Shown here: one piece after another, positions 53,660 to 54,916 of the stretch | How positions within the stretch are numbered: position 1 is the stretch's first letter | Layout: each line of letters begins with the position of its first letter | From: a virus | Taxonomy: Duplodnaviria; Caudoviricetes | Length of the DNA: 54,916 nucleotides | IMG/VR virus record: IMGVR_UViG_3300044580_000572 | Span: 1 to 54,916 of that record | Strand: one strand, 5' to 3' | Position numbers and translations under genes: made by a program | Notes under the pieces: generated by a model | What the model was told of the DNA's origin: nothing | The model's input: the letters and a program-made list of their open reading frames with translations, nothing else | The model's database searches: none

Positions 53660-54916
53660 TTGAAGCAGAGAGTGCAACACCCCAAGGTCCAGGAGTGCAA
53701 GGACCGCGCTGCGCCGTATTGGTTCTTCCGCTACCGGCATGACGAAGCCCGCCCGGACGGTTTGGTGAAGACCACGCGGAAGCGCCACATCTGCGGGCCC
53801 AGCAAAGGGCTCAACGCGATCACGAAACGCGAGGCGGAGAGGATCCGTGACGAGGTGCTGCACGACCTCAACGCCGCCCCAACGCGCGCCGAGGCGGCGG
53901 TCGCGGCAAAGGGGAAAGACGCTGCAACCGAGCCGGACCAGGTCATCTTCGGAAAGCTCGCTGAATTGTGGCTACGAGAGTACGTCGAGAAGATCGCGGC
54001 CGGAAGGCAGTTGGTGGCGGCGCCCACGCGGCAGAAGTACGCCAATGCGCTCGAGAATCACATCCTGCCCCGGTGGAAAGACGCGCGCCTTGCCGATTTG
54101 CGCGCGCGTGAGGTCCTTGCGTGGCTCCAGGACGAAGCAACTTCCTGGCACATGATGTCTGACCTGCGCGGGGTCATGAGCGGGATCATCACGAAGGCCA
54201 TCGAGTGGGAGATTCTCCCGGAGACATTCGCGAATCCGATCCACCGGGTGAAACTGCCGAAAAAATGGGAGGTCCGCGAGAAGCGCATCCTCAACGAGGA
54301 GCAGACGGCGCTCGTCCTGGGCCGCCTTAACGAAGAAGGCAATCTGCTCATTTGCGAAACCTGCCTCGACGCCGGGACGCGCATTTCCGAAGTCACTGGT
54401 CTGATGATCAAGCACGTCGATATCGAGAAGGGGACCATTCAGATCGCGCAACGCAACTGGCGCGGTGACATCGACGTACCGAAAACGGAGAAGAGCAAGC
54501 GCATATTGGCTCTGGGCTGTCTGACCGGTCGCTACCGGGACTGGATCGCCAACCTGAAGTACAAAGGCCCGAACGCGTTTGTGTTCCCCCATGAAGGAGA
54601 CCCAAAGCAGCCGCGTTGGGACTCGGGCGTACGCCAGGCGCTGAAGCGGGCCGCCAACCTCGAAGGCCTCGACTTCCCCGGCTTCGGCCCGCACTCCCTG
54701 CGCCGAGCCAACATCACCTGGCGGCAGGAGGTCGGCGGCTCCAGCATCGAGGCCTCGAAGATCGCCGGTCACTCCAACACGAAAATCACCGAGGAGTACA
54801 CCATAGTCCAGTTGAAGCGGCAGGAGGAGCTGACGCGCCGCATCCAGGACAAACGGGCGAAGGCATTTAAGCGCAGCCGGGGCCTGCTGGTTGTGAAGAA
54901 GGAAGCCGCGGCCTGA
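53660..54916 (+). CDS. int: Tyrosine recombinase / integrase
   Basis: GTRISE (R); PKT (K); HSLRR (HxxR); AGHS; EEY (Y); N-terminal arm-binding-like region. Confidence 0.95.
   Translation: MKQRVQHPKVQECKDRAAPYWFFRYRHDEARPDGLVKTTRKRHICGPSKGLNAITKREAERIRDEVLHDLNAAPTRAEAAVAAKGKDAATEPDQVIFGKLAELWLREYVEKIAAGRQLVAAPTRQKYANALENHILPRWKDARLADLRAREVLAWLQDEATSWHMMSDLRGVMSGIITKAIEWEILPETFANPIHRVKLPKKWEVREKRILNEEQTALVLGRLNEEGNLLICETCLDAGTRISEVTGLMIKHVDIEKGTIQIAQRNWRGDIDVPKTEKSKRILALGCLTGRYRDWIANLKYKGPNAFVFPHEGDPKQPRWDSGVRQALKRAANLEGLDFPGFGPHSLRRANITWRQEVGGSSIEASKIAGHSNTKITEEYTIVQLKRQEELTRRIQDKRAKAFKRSRGLLVVKKEAAA

Larger units (their letters stand above)
1..54916 (+). mobile_element. Temperate lambda-like siphophage / prophage, nearly complete
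   Basis: Contiguous packaging, head, tail, accessory, replication and tyrosine-integrase modules; the window begins at a start codon and ends at the integrase stop. Confidence 0.93.

Noticed and set aside
1-54916. CRISPR array, tRNA/rRNA genes, att direct repeats
   Set aside because: None seen by eye; the window is cut at gene boundaries, so att sites would lie outside it

Overview
The window looks like one near-complete GC-rich temperate siphophage (prophage), trimmed at gene boundaries. It runs from a GTG start at base 1 to the integrase stop at base 54916, and no att repeats are visible inside it. Gene order: a cos-like region; two ParB-methyltransferase fusions with small membrane and unknown genes; a lambda-type head module (terS, GpA terL, gpW, portal, S49 protease with nested scaffold, decoration protein, capsid E); and a tail module (tail tube, G/GT chaperone with a CCCAAAC -1 slippery site, tape measure, large hub fusion, two paralogous fibres) interrupted by antisense morons. 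A ~12 kb accessory/defence island follows (ART-like gene, DUF2924 remnant, Type I R-M with an HTH-fused HsdM, M48 peptidase, MBL hydrolase plus membrane protein, TcmP-DUF5131). Next come a divergent control region with LexA-like direct-repeat boxes, an early/replication operon (Xis-like HTH, SNF2 helicase, SSB-like, VRR-NUC, HD phosphohydrolase, RepB-type primase, UvrD) and a tyrosine integrase. The most notable element is a stand-alone IS110-C/Nop-domain protein (TasA-like, 47929-48645), preceded by a single shortened TIGR-like repeat unit. No CI-type repressor was recognised. The host is possibly Acidobacteriota (inference from the box motif only). All product calls come from motif recognition by eye, not database searches.
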